This document shows positions 1 to 7,007 of a DNA stretch of 32,000 nt, one piece after another. Position numbers and translations under genes: made by a program. The DNA comes from Patescibacteria group bacterium (GTDB lineage Bacteria > Patescibacteriota > UBA1384 > XYA2-FULL-43-10): positions 90,001 to 122,000 of the forward strand of contig JBAYVT010000004.1 in NCBI GenBank assembly GCA_041674405.1, in the 5' to 3' direction. How positions within the stretch are numbered: position 1 is the stretch's first letter; every line of letters begins with the position of its first letter. Below the pieces are notes generated by a model. That model saw nothing but the letters and a program-made list of their open reading frames with translations, ran no database searches and was not told where the DNA came from.

Positions 1-136
1 TATGAACAATTTAGTCTCTGGAATTATCATGATTAAGAAAAGCAACAATCAGGTGCGTCGTCATCATTACCCGTTTCTCTCGAGCTGCTTTTTTGTTGTG
101 TAAAACTTTATAAAATCTCATAGACATCAAGGTTGG

Positions 137-158
137 CAGCTCGAGAGAGCTGTTTTTT
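137..158 (+). terminator. Short intrinsic-terminator-like hairpin followed by T6
   Basis: Read directly: stem cagctc (137-142) / gagctg (147-152), loop gaga, tttttt at 153-158. It would end a + strand transcript entering from the left edge. Confidence 0.4.
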
Positions 159-214
159 CGTACCTTGAAATCTTGTCTGTAATAAAATCAATCTGGAAAA
201 GGAGATGGTAGAAG

Positions 215-1237
215 GTGGTAAACACGAGTGAGGTTGTCGGTAAGTCCGAGTGTGCGCGGATCATTTCAGAAATGATCCGGCCCGAGTCAGCGTCTGGAAA
301 GATGCTGTACCGCGATCAAGACGAGATTCTCTCAATGCTCGAATCCGGACATAGCACGTTCATCCGAGATGGCGCCGGTATGCCGGTGTCATTCTGCGGC
401 TTCTATGAGTTCGACCAATACATCGAGGTCGGCTCTACGATCACGAATCCGGAATTTCGCGGGCGTGGGCTTGCCACCGAGTGCCTTTACCGGGTGCTGG
501 ATGCCATTCAGTGTTCCGGGAAGGAGATAGTGGCATTCTGCAACGATGGCTCAGCTGGTCTCTTTGCGAAAGCCGGATTCAGCGAACGGCCAAAGGCCGA
601 GATGCCGGACGAAGCGCTAGCTTTTTGCGCAGACTGTGCGGAGAGCCAAACATTCCCAGGATGTCACTGCCGCTACATGGTATTTGGGCATCGAGTTGTG
701 CAGGGAAGGGGCGTCTGGCACACGATCATCGAAGACCCGGCAGGCGGCCAGCTTAAAAAGGTGGCAGAGCTTTACTGCCAAGTCTGGGCGGAGCCGCCTT
801 GGGACGAGTACGACTGGGATCTGGCCGAGGTTGAGACCGAACTTAGTGAAGCGTCAAGTGATCCAGCAACGGCATTCTTTGTGAGTATGGTCCGTGGAGA
901 AGTCAACGGCTTCACCATAGGCTACCCGATGGACAAGACGGCGCTTGCGGCGAAAGCCGGAGGAGAACAACTTGGCCATCTGTGCGAAGATCGCAGGCAG
1001 GTCTTCTATGTGGCCGAACTGGGAGTGGCGAAAGAATCCCGGTGCCATGGCACGGGAATCATGCTATCAGAGCTACTCTCTGCCAGGGCAAGGTCTCTCG
1101 GGTACAGCCGGCTGATCCTGCGTACTCACATAAAGGCCGCCCCCGCCAGGGCGTTGTATGCCAGGCTGGGGTTTGTCGATACCGGCATTCCTGACGCAAA
1201 CTACCCCGATCGCACATACTGGGTTTACGACGAATAG
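215..1237 (+). CDS. Two-domain (tandem) GNAT-family N-acetyltransferase; GC-rich gene
   Basis: 340-aa ORF with a GTG start 10 nt after aaggag (199-204). Two GNAT-like acetyl-CoA motifs, 'FRGRGLATECL...FAKAGF' and 'SRCHGTGIMLSEL...YARLGF'. Many overlapping shadow ORFs on both strands, as expected for a real GC-rich gene. Confidence 0.85.
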   Translation: MVNTSEVVGKSECARIISEMIRPESASGKMLYRDQDEILSMLESGHSTFIRDGAGMPVSFCGFYEFDQYIEVGSTITNPEFRGRGLATECLYRVLDAIQCSGKEIVAFCNDGSAGLFAKAGFSERPKAEMPDEALAFCADCAESQTFPGCHCRYMVFGHRVVQGRGVWHTIIEDPAGGQLKKVAELYCQVWAEPPWDEYDWDLAEVETELSEASSDPATAFFVSMVRGEVNGFTIGYPMDKTALAAKAGGEQLGHLCEDRRQVFYVAELGVAKESRCHGTGIMLSELLSARARSLGYSRLILRTHIKAAPARALYARLGFVDTGIPDANYPDRTYWVYDE

Positions 1238-1257
1238 CGCAAGGTACGAACATCCAG

Positions 1258-1281
1258 CCGAGCGGGCAAAAACCCGCTCGG
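1258..1281 (+). terminator. GC-rich stem-loop downstream of the GNAT gene (no clear T tract)
   Basis: ccgagcggg (1258-1266) / caaaaa / cccgctcgg (1273-1281), a perfect 9-bp stem starting 21 nt after the stop codon. Confidence 0.4.
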
Positions 1282-1307
1282 CCAGCATTCATAAATTAAG
1301 GAGAAAA

Positions 1308-2375
1308 ATGGATCTGGAAATCTTAAAAAAGTTAGTAGAGTTTGACACAAGATCGGAAAATACGAATTTGCCGCTAATTTATTATTGCCAAAAGAAATTT
1401 GAAGAGTATGGTTTTGAAACGCGAATATGGGGAAAGGACAACAAAGCAAATTTATTTGCATTCAAGCCTGCTTATGGCAGTAGAATTGTACTTTCGGCGC
1501 ATACCGACACCGTCCCGCCCGGCGAAGGTTGGAATTCGGACCCATTCAAGCTTGAACAAAATGAAGATTCGATAATTGGGTTGGGTATTGCCGACATGAA
1601 AATTTTTATTGCGATCATGCTTAAATTGGCTCAAGCTAATTTAGCCAAAAATTTAGCCTTTCTTCTAACTTACAACGAAGAAACCGATTTCGAAGGGGCA
1701 AAATTAATTGATAGAAAAATTATCGGCAAAAGCGATTATTTAATCATTGGAGAACCGACTGGCGGGAAGATTATTACAAATTCTAAGGGTCTTGTCGCAT
1801 ATGAGCTGGAATTGACCGGAAAAGGAGGCCACGGAAGCGAACCGGAAAATGGAGTCTCCAGCATATTAGACTCATCAAAATTTATTTTAGAATTGTCGAA
1901 AGGATTTAAAGAAATTCAAGAAAAAAACAAAGATGATTCATTTGTAAATCCACTGCCTACTTTGAATTTTGGCACAATTTCTGGCGGAGAAGCTATAAAC
2001 AGCATACCGGTTGGGACAAATTTGTCGTTTGAAATCAGAACCACAAATGCAGCAGTTGAAAAAATATTTAATGAACTAATCAAAAAGACATCCAAATCTT
2101 TAAAATCCTCAGTAAGTTTCACGAAAAAAATATCGCTGAATCCGTTCGTGTCTTCTGGTAAAGTGGTAAAAATTATCAAAAAATCTGGGTTGCCTGTCGA
2201 AAAAGGGCCATCATACGCCACAGAGGCTAATATTTTGGCGGATATATGTCCAAATGCTGTTATCTTTGGGCCAGGGGAGATTAAATACGCACATAAAGAG
2301 AATGAGAAAATCAGTTTCAAAGGGATTGTTAAATACAAAAAAGATTTGACATATCTGATTAGTGTGTTAAAGTAA
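1308..2375 (+). CDS. M20-family metallopeptidase / deacylase (ArgE/DapE-like)
   Basis: ATG at 1308 preceded by aaggag (1298-1303). The longer track ORF from 1158 overlaps the GNAT gene and its hairpin, so I reject that extension. Motifs 'SAHTDTVPPGEGWNSDPF', 'GLGIADMK', 'NEETDFEGA' and 'IIGEPTG' are typical of the M20 family. Confidence 0.85.
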   Translation: MDLEILKKLVEFDTRSENTNLPLIYYCQKKFEEYGFETRIWGKDNKANLFAFKPAYGSRIVLSAHTDTVPPGEGWNSDPFKLEQNEDSIIGLGIADMKIFIAIMLKLAQANLAKNLAFLLTYNEETDFEGAKLIDRKIIGKSDYLIIGEPTGGKIITNSKGLVAYELELTGKGGHGSEPENGVSSILDSSKFILELSKGFKEIQEKNKDDSFVNPLPTLNFGTISGGEAINSIPVGTNLSFEIRTTNAAVEKIFNELIKKTSKSLKSSVSFTKKISLNPFVSSGKVVKIIKKSGLPVEKGPSYATEANILADICPNAVIFGPGEIKYAHKENEKISFKGIVKYKKDLTYLISVLK

Positions 2376-2519
2376 GATCAAACTTAGCAGTTAAGTTTAA
2401 ATTTATGGAATCACAAATGCACAAAATTTATTTTACTTGCGGTACCGATCGAGTTAAGACCTGCGGCATTTTTGATGGTTCCAAATTATTGATCTAATAA
2501 TTTTCTAAAACTATACATC

Positions 2520-2550
2520 AAAAAGCCGCCGGTCCATGGGCGGTTTTTTG
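2520..2550 (+). terminator. Rho-independent terminator-like hairpin with flanking A and T runs
   Basis: aaaaa-gccgcc-ggtccatg-ggcggt-tttttt read directly. It lies about 145 nt downstream of the M20 gene stop. Confidence 0.55.
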
Positions 2551-2601
2551 ATTTTCTTGTGCTCTTAAAGTCGAGAAGGGCACAAGCGCAGTCAAACTAA
2601 T

Positions 2602-2615
2602 TGCCCCATGGGGCA
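2602..2615. promoter_or_regulatory. Perfect 14-bp palindrome tgccccatggggca just upstream of the GNAT ribosome-binding site
   Basis: Read directly. It ends 14 nt before the ATG at 2630, next to a purine-rich aaaggaaag stretch. It could be an operator or a small hairpin; the function is unknown. Confidence 0.25.
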
Positions 2616-2629
2616 GAAAGGAAAGAAAA

Positions 2630-3301
2630 ATGTACGGTCCGAAAATCAAATTCGCGTACGATCGAGGGGAAAAGAGCGGGGGAAGAGTTGAGGTCGAGCT
2701 TGGCTCGCCGGCTGACGAGGTCGTTGCTGCCAAACAATTCACTGAGTGGATCAACGACAATCGGATTCGCCTATACCTGGCGACTCCGGCGCCGTGCACG
2801 GAAAGTGCTGAGATGGATTGGGTGAAGAACCAAAACAACCGGCCAGACGACCTGTCGTGGAATATCATGATTGAAGGCGAGATGGTCGGCAATATCGGTT
2901 TGCATCGTATTGACCGAACGCATCGCCGTGCCGAACTCGGTATTATGATCGGCGACAAGAAACGCTGGGGGAAGGGATTAGCCCAGGCGTTGGAGGCGGT
3001 AATTCTCGACTACGCCTTTTCAAACATTGTCGCCGGAGGCCTGAATAAGGTCGCAGCCGAGGTCCTTGACGGCAACGAACCGAGCCGTGCAGCAATCAAG
3101 AAATGCGGCTTCCGCGATGTAGCAGTGCGCCGAGAGCATTTCTGGTTCTTCGGTCGATGGTACGATGCCTGGGAAGGCGAGATCTTGGCCTCCGAGTGGT
3201 CAAAAAATCGCGCCAAGGTGATGAAAGCCGTGGGGATCAAGTATCTTGACCTCTACTGCGGCTGCGCTTCAGAAGGCTTCACGCCCGAGAAATTCGACTA
3301 G
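2630..3301 (+). CDS. GNAT-family N-acetyltransferase (RimJ/RimL-like); GC-rich gene
   Basis: 223-aa ORF. 'GNIGLHRIDRTHRRAELGIMIGDKKRWGKGLAQALEAVILDYAF' and 'NEPSRAAIKKCGFR' match the RimJ/RimL-type GNAT pattern. There is an antisense shadow ORF (2518..2958). Confidence 0.85.
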   Translation: MYGPKIKFAYDRGEKSGGRVEVELGSPADEVVAAKQFTEWINDNRIRLYLATPAPCTESAEMDWVKNQNNRPDDLSWNIMIEGEMVGNIGLHRIDRTHRRAELGIMIGDKKRWGKGLAQALEAVILDYAFSNIVAGGLNKVAAEVLDGNEPSRAAIKKCGFRDVAVRREHFWFFGRWYDAWEGEILASEWSKNRAKVMKAVGIKYLDLYCGCASEGFTPEKFD

Positions 3302-3305
3302 GACA

Positions 3306-3335
3306 AATCCCTCACCCTTGCAAGGGTGAGGGATT
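3306..3335 (+). terminator. Strong stem-loop immediately after the GNAT gene
   Basis: aatccctcaccc (3306-3317) / ttgcaa / gggtgagggatt (3324-3335), a perfect 12-bp stem starting 5 nt after the stop. The T tract is weak (ctaattatt). Confidence 0.5.
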
Positions 3336-3371
3336 CTAATTATTGGCACAACATGTTAAGATAGCGATGTC

Positions 3372-3995
3372 ATGATAACTGCACTTATCGATATTCTTGC
3401 AAATTTTGTTGTGAATACTATTCATGTTCTGGGCGCTCCAGGACTATTTTTCTTAATGTTTATCGAATCCTGTGGGATTCCGATGCCCTCCGAGGTTATA
3501 ATGCCATTCTCGGGCTTTCTGGTGGCCGACCATGTGATGAACTTCTGGCTTGTTGTCGTTGTTGGCGCACTCGGGAACCTTGCAGGTTCTTTATTGGCCT
3601 ACTGGATTGGTTGGCGAGGCGGCCGTCCACTTATCGAAAAATATGGCAAATATATCTTGATCTCCAAGCATGATCTTGATCGCGCTGACGTCTGGTTTCA
3701 AAAATACGGCGATGCAACAACTTTTGTCGGGAGGATTTTGCCTATCGTTCGCACCTACATTTCATTTCCTGCGGGGATTTCGAAAATGGAGATCAAAAAA
3801 TTTTCATTTTACACATTTATCGGAGCTCTTATTTGGAGTGCGGCGCTTACTTGGGGAGGGGTTATTCTTGGCGAGAATTGGGAATTGATTCGGGCAAAAT
3901 TGCACACTTTCGATACGGCAATATTGATCATAATTATTGTCCTGATTGCACTTTATATATATCGGCATATTCGCAATATCAAAAAGGCAAATTAG
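3372..3995 (+). CDS. DedA-family (VTT/SNARE-associated domain) inner-membrane protein
   Basis: 207 aa. 'FIESCGIPMPSEVIMPFSGFLV', 'RILPIVRTYISFPAGI' and several hydrophobic spans are typical of DedA proteins. Confidence 0.85.
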   Translation: MITALIDILANFVVNTIHVLGAPGLFFLMFIESCGIPMPSEVIMPFSGFLVADHVMNFWLVVVVGALGNLAGSLLAYWIGWRGGRPLIEKYGKYILISKHDLDRADVWFQKYGDATTFVGRILPIVRTYISFPAGISKMEIKKFSFYTFIGALIWSAALTWGGVILGENWELIRAKLHTFDTAILIIIIVLIALYIYRHIRNIKKAN

Positions 3996-4005
3996 TTTTT
4001 TTCTA

Positions 4006-4034
4006 TTGACATAAAATATAATTTGTACTATTGT
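4006..4034 (+). promoter_or_regulatory. Sigma70-like promoter candidate with no downstream + strand gene
   Basis: TTGACA (4006-4011), a 17-nt spacer, then tattgt (4029-4034). It sits in a convergent intergenic region. Confidence 0.3.
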
Positions 4035-4145
4035 AATGCTCCACAATATTATTGTGTGCCCATGTTTATACAGGGGGATGCAGTATATGGGCGTTAATGC
4101 CTTGCCCACCTTTGCTGTAGTATAGACATCTTATGGAGAAAACCG

Positions 4146-4175
4146 GCGATGGCCCCCTTTCTAGGGGGCCATCGC
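4146..4175 (-). terminator. Intrinsic terminator of the minus-strand membrane-PAS gene
   Basis: gcgatggccccc (4146-4157) / tttcta / gggggccatcgc (4164-4175), a 12-bp GC-rich stem. On the minus strand it is followed by cggttttct. It starts 46 nt downstream of the stop at 4221. Confidence 0.6.
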
Positions 4176-4220
4176 TGTGTCTGATAGATCTATTTTAATT
4201 AAAAAGTCCAAATTCCAAGT

Positions 4221-5492
4221 TTAGTTTGCTTCGGATTTGGTTTCTTTGGCCTTGTCCAATGGAATTTTGATATTTAGGAAGCTGTCTGCTGCAGACTCAA
4301 CCTTGATTTTTTCTCCTATATAGCCATTTTCAGCCTTTGATGGAAATGAATAGCCCTCTTTGGTTACGGTAATCTTGTATTCGCCCTCAGTAACAATAAA
4401 ACCAAACCTGCCATCTTTGTCGGTGGCACGCGTCTCAATAATTCTTTCATCGGAAGCATCATGCAAGCGAACTAGTGCAAGATCCACCGGCTTTTTTGTT
4501 TCTGATTCGTAAACTATTCCCCAGGGCAGCGGAGTTTGGTTGATCATCACGATAAAGCCCGGTTCATTTTTCCTAAGTTCTATTCTGGCAATGCTGATAT
4601 CGTAAATGTTTTTTAGTTCATCTTGGGCCTTGAAGGAGAACCTCTTGGTGTTATTCGATTTGAAATCTTCAAGATAAATGACAAGTTTTGGTGCAAAGAA
4701 AATTGGTAGTTCGCGAACTGGAAAATTGGTTAAATCTTTTTTGTTTTTCAACATTTCGGAAAGCGCTTCATTGATCTGAACAATTCTTAAGTGATTATCA
4801 AGTACAATCAATCCTTCCCGCATATTTTTCAAAATTTCATCGGAAGTCGTTTTCGATTGTTGATAGAGCTTCTTGTTTTCCATTGCCAATTTAGCAATTT
4901 TATCTCGACTTTTGCGAATCATATTGTTGAAGTAAATAGTCATTAATCCAACAAGAATAATAAAAAGAAGGCTGAAAATTGTCCCGACTTTCCAGGCAAC
5001 GCTTTCACCGCGTATATCATATGGTTCTGCCAAAAATCTTATACCCGAATATTCTATGGCAAACATTGCGCTTATGGATGCAAGGACAGTTAAGAGCGTA
5101 GTAATGCCGAAGGATAAGCTTTGCGAGGCGGCAAAAATGACTGAAGGTAAAAAAGCAAGTAAAAATGATGATCGTCCGACAGGGTAGTAATGCACAAATA
5201 TCGCCAGGCTCAAAATGATAGAAGTTCCCATAATCAACAGAACAATTTCTTGCGCAAGCCTGCTAGCTTTAAAAACAATAAAAAGATTGAGTGCGACATT
5301 GGTTACTAGCGTCACAATGATTGCTTGCAACGCAAGCCAAAGTGGAATTGCATGAAAATAATAAACGAAAAACAAACCAAAAAATCCCTCGATCACAATA
5401 AGGGCATAGTTTGTTTCGACAAGCTTTAAAATATCCTGGGATTTTATCCCGAATAAAGTTTTTCCCTGGGACTCGACGAGATCTTCTGGCAT
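4221..5492 (-). CDS. Multi-pass membrane protein with a PAS-like domain and a C-terminal carboxypeptidase-regulatory-like beta-sandwich; no recognizable transmitter domain
   Basis: 423 aa. About 6 N-terminal hydrophobic spans, then a coiled segment 'KIAKLAMENKKLYQQ'. The PAS-like stretch is 'MREGLIVLDNHLRIVQINEALSEML'. The C-terminus 'GIVYESETKKPVDLALVRLHD...TDKDGRFGFIVTEGEYKITVTKEGYSF' fits the CarboxypepD_reg pattern. Confidence 0.75.
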   Translation of the reverse strand: MPEDLVESQGKTLFGIKSQDILKLVETNYALIVIEGFFGLFFVYYFHAIPLWLALQAIIVTLVTNVALNLFIVFKASRLAQEIVLLIMGTSIILSLAIFVHYYPVGRSSFLLAFLPSVIFAASQSLSFGITTLLTVLASISAMFAIEYSGIRFLAEPYDIRGESVAWKVGTIFSLLFIILVGLMTIYFNNMIRKSRDKIAKLAMENKKLYQQSKTTSDEILKNMREGLIVLDNHLRIVQINEALSEMLKNKKDLTNFPVRELPIFFAPKLVIYLEDFKSNNTKRFSFKAQDELKNIYDISIARIELRKNEPGFIVMINQTPLPWGIVYESETKKPVDLALVRLHDASDERIIETRATDKDGRFGFIVTEGEYKITVTKEGYSFPSKAENGYIGEKIKVESAADSFLNIKIPLDKAKETKSEAN

Positions 5493-5510
5493 TGTCCCCT
5501 TGTTTTAAGG

Positions 5511-6131
5511 CTAATTTGCCGGGGTATTTGGCGGAATAAATGTGTTTGTAGCGTCGTCGTTTGGCGTATCAGAAGCAACTGGCGGAGTTGGTTCTGGCAT
5601 ACTTACTTCCGGTATAGCCGGTTGTTCAGCGGGGGGAAGATTGGGCAGAACGGCATTCTCCTCAGCACCTGTATTTAGAGGAGCCGCAGTATTGTTGCTA
5701 TCTGAAATTACCGGAGCAGGTTCCACTGGGGCCGGTTCAGGCACGGAGGAAGTGGGTGTGGCCGGCACAGATTCCTGCGGCAGGGGTGCTTCGGGGGCCG
5801 GAATGGTTTCAGCAGGAGCGGCCGGAACCGGCTCCTGAACCTCTGGCATAGGAGTTGAATCGGTTCCCACAAACGGCTCTACTGGTTGTGTGCTTTCAGG
5901 GCTATCAGAAGCCATATCAGAAATTTTTGCCATAACTTTAGCACCTTCGGTCCCTGTAAGTTTTTCCAAATGATTTACGCCGACAAGAACAGCAGATGGT
6001 TTGCCGTTTTTGGTGAGAACATACATATTGTCAGTACCCTCAACTTCATCAACAATCTTATTAAACATATCTCGCGCTTCGGTAACGGGAATTATTTTTT
6101 CAATATCAACTTGCAACATCTCCTCCTCCAT
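5511..6131 (-). CDS. Phd/YefM-type antitoxin-like N-terminal domain fused to a ~140-aa Pro/Glu/Ala-rich low-complexity tail
   Basis: 206 aa. 'IIPVTEARDMFNKIVDEVEGTDNMYVLTKNGKPSAVLVGVNHLEKL' fits the Phd/YefM fold pattern. The remainder is PxxP-rich. The stop lies 18 nt before the start of the next minus-strand gene. Confidence 0.75.
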   Translation of the reverse strand: MEEEMLQVDIEKIIPVTEARDMFNKIVDEVEGTDNMYVLTKNGKPSAVLVGVNHLEKLTGTEGAKVMAKISDMASDSPESTQPVEPFVGTDSTPMPEVQEPVPAAPAETIPAPEAPLPQESVPATPTSSVPEPAPVEPAPVISDSNNTAAPLNTGAEENAVLPNLPPAEQPAIPEVSMPEPTPPVASDTPNDDATNTFIPPNTPAN

Positions 6132-6175
6132 AACTTAACTAACTGATCAATTTTTATTAGGTTTAATCTGACATA

Positions 6176-6204
6176 ATGATACGTTGGAAAAGAGATCTCG
6201 TCAA
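6176..6204 (-). promoter_or_regulatory. Sigma70-like promoter candidate for the Phd-like gene
   Basis: On the minus strand: TTGACG (6204-6199), a 17-nt spacer, then TATCAT (6181-6176). It is about 45 nt upstream of the ATG at 6131. Confidence 0.3.
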
Positions 6205-6269
6205 ATTTCTGCTCGTAAAACAAACAGCGCATTTAAGGCTTGTAATGAAATATTTTCTGAGCAAGTATA

Positions 6270-7007
6270 CTATTTTTGTTTACGATAATAATCCAGGATT
6301 TTAGCACGATAGAAAATTGCCATTGTATCCGTAACCATTTTCTTAATTGCTTTAAAATTAATTCCACTCCCAGCCGCATTGAAGTCTAGTTCTACCGGTG
6401 CCTCAAATATTCTTCGATATCCCAGTTGGTGCGCAATCACCAACATCTCGAGATCAAAAGCGTATTGTTTAACTAAAACTCGCGGCATAATGTCTTTTGC
6501 CACATTCCTTTTTATAAATTTTAGCCCTGCCTGGGTATCGGTAACATTGAGCCCGAAAAGAAAGCGAATCATTTTGTGGTAAATCCAAGAATAAACCCTT
6601 CTTTTTTTAGGGTAATTCACTTTTGATGCCGGATGCCTTTTGGATCCTATCACGAAATCGGCATCGAAAATTTCCAGAAGTTTTACAAATTTATCGAATT
6701 GCGCAGGATCAAAATCTCCGCCGGCATCTGTAAAGGTTACAATGTCACCTTTTGCCATTTTGGTCCCGTATTTTAACGCGTGCCCCTTCCCATGGTTTTT
6801 TTCGTAACTGAATATTCTCACATTCTTGTTCTTAATTTTTTTGGCTTCTTTCAATGTGTTATCAGGTGATCCGTCTACAACTACGACCACCTCGTAGCTA
6901 TATTCAAGTACATCATGCGTATCAACGATGTTTTTTAATGTTTTATAGATATTTTTTTCCTCTTTGTAGGCAGGAATTACAATAGAAAGTTTAGGATTCA
7001 TTTTCAC
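6270..7007 (-). CDS. GT2 glycosyltransferase (polyprenol-phosphate sugar synthase / GtrB-DPM1-like)
   Basis: 'LSIVIPAYKEEKNI', 'VVVVDGSPDNT' and 'FTDAGGDFDP'. The start is GTG at 7007 or ATG at 7001; both overlap the flippase stop at 6991. Confidence 0.9.
   Translation of the reverse strand: MKMNPKLSIVIPAYKEEKNIYKTLKNIVDTHDVLEYSYEVVVVVDGSPDNTLKEAKKIKNKNVRIFSYEKNHGKGHALKYGTKMAKGDIVTFTDAGGDFDPAQFDKFVKLLEIFDADFVIGSKRHPASKVNYPKKRRVYSWIYHKMIRFLFGLNVTDTQAGLKFIKRNVAKDIMPRVLVKQYAFDLEMLVIAHQLGYRRIFEAPVELDFNAAGSGINFKAIKKMVTDTMAIFYRAKILDYYRKQK

Noticed and set aside
2-103. 33-codon open frame at the left edge (MNNLVSGIIMIKKSNNQVRRHHYPFLSSCFFVV)
   Set aside because: It may be the 3' end of an upstream gene, but it is too short and featureless to support as a feature.
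481-1292. Six additional track ORFs (60-91 aa) on both strands inside and just after the first GNAT gene
   Set aside because: These are typical stop-poor shadow frames of GC-rich DNA. Their translations are R/G/A/P-rich with no motifs, and all are nested in the well-supported 340-aa GNAT frame.
1158-1307. N-terminal 50-codon extension of the M20 gene in the ORF track
   Set aside because: The extension overlaps the GNAT 3' end and its hairpin and has no RBS. The ATG at 1308 has a perfect aaggag and begins the conserved M20 sequence.
191-1320. 9-nt direct repeat atctggaaa (191-199 and 1312-1320) flanking GC island 1, considered as a target-site duplication
   Set aside because: The right copy lies inside the first codons of the native M20 gene, about 40 nt beyond the compositional boundary. 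A 9-mer match in AT-rich DNA is weak evidence, and no inverted repeats or mobility gene are present.
3343-3360. tggcac...gtta upstream of the DedA gene, considered as a sigma-54 -24/-12 promoter
   Set aside because: The -12 element (TTGC) is missing, so only the TGGCAC half matches.
3804-4109. 101-aa minus-strand ORF overlapping the DedA 3' end
   Set aside because: It is antisense to a well-supported gene, has low-complexity AT-rich codons and shows no family resemblance.
5542-5838. 98-aa Gly/Ala/Ser-rich + strand ORF
   Set aside because: It is exactly antisense to the proline-rich tail of the Phd-like gene. The open frame is a by-product of CCN/GCN codon repetition.
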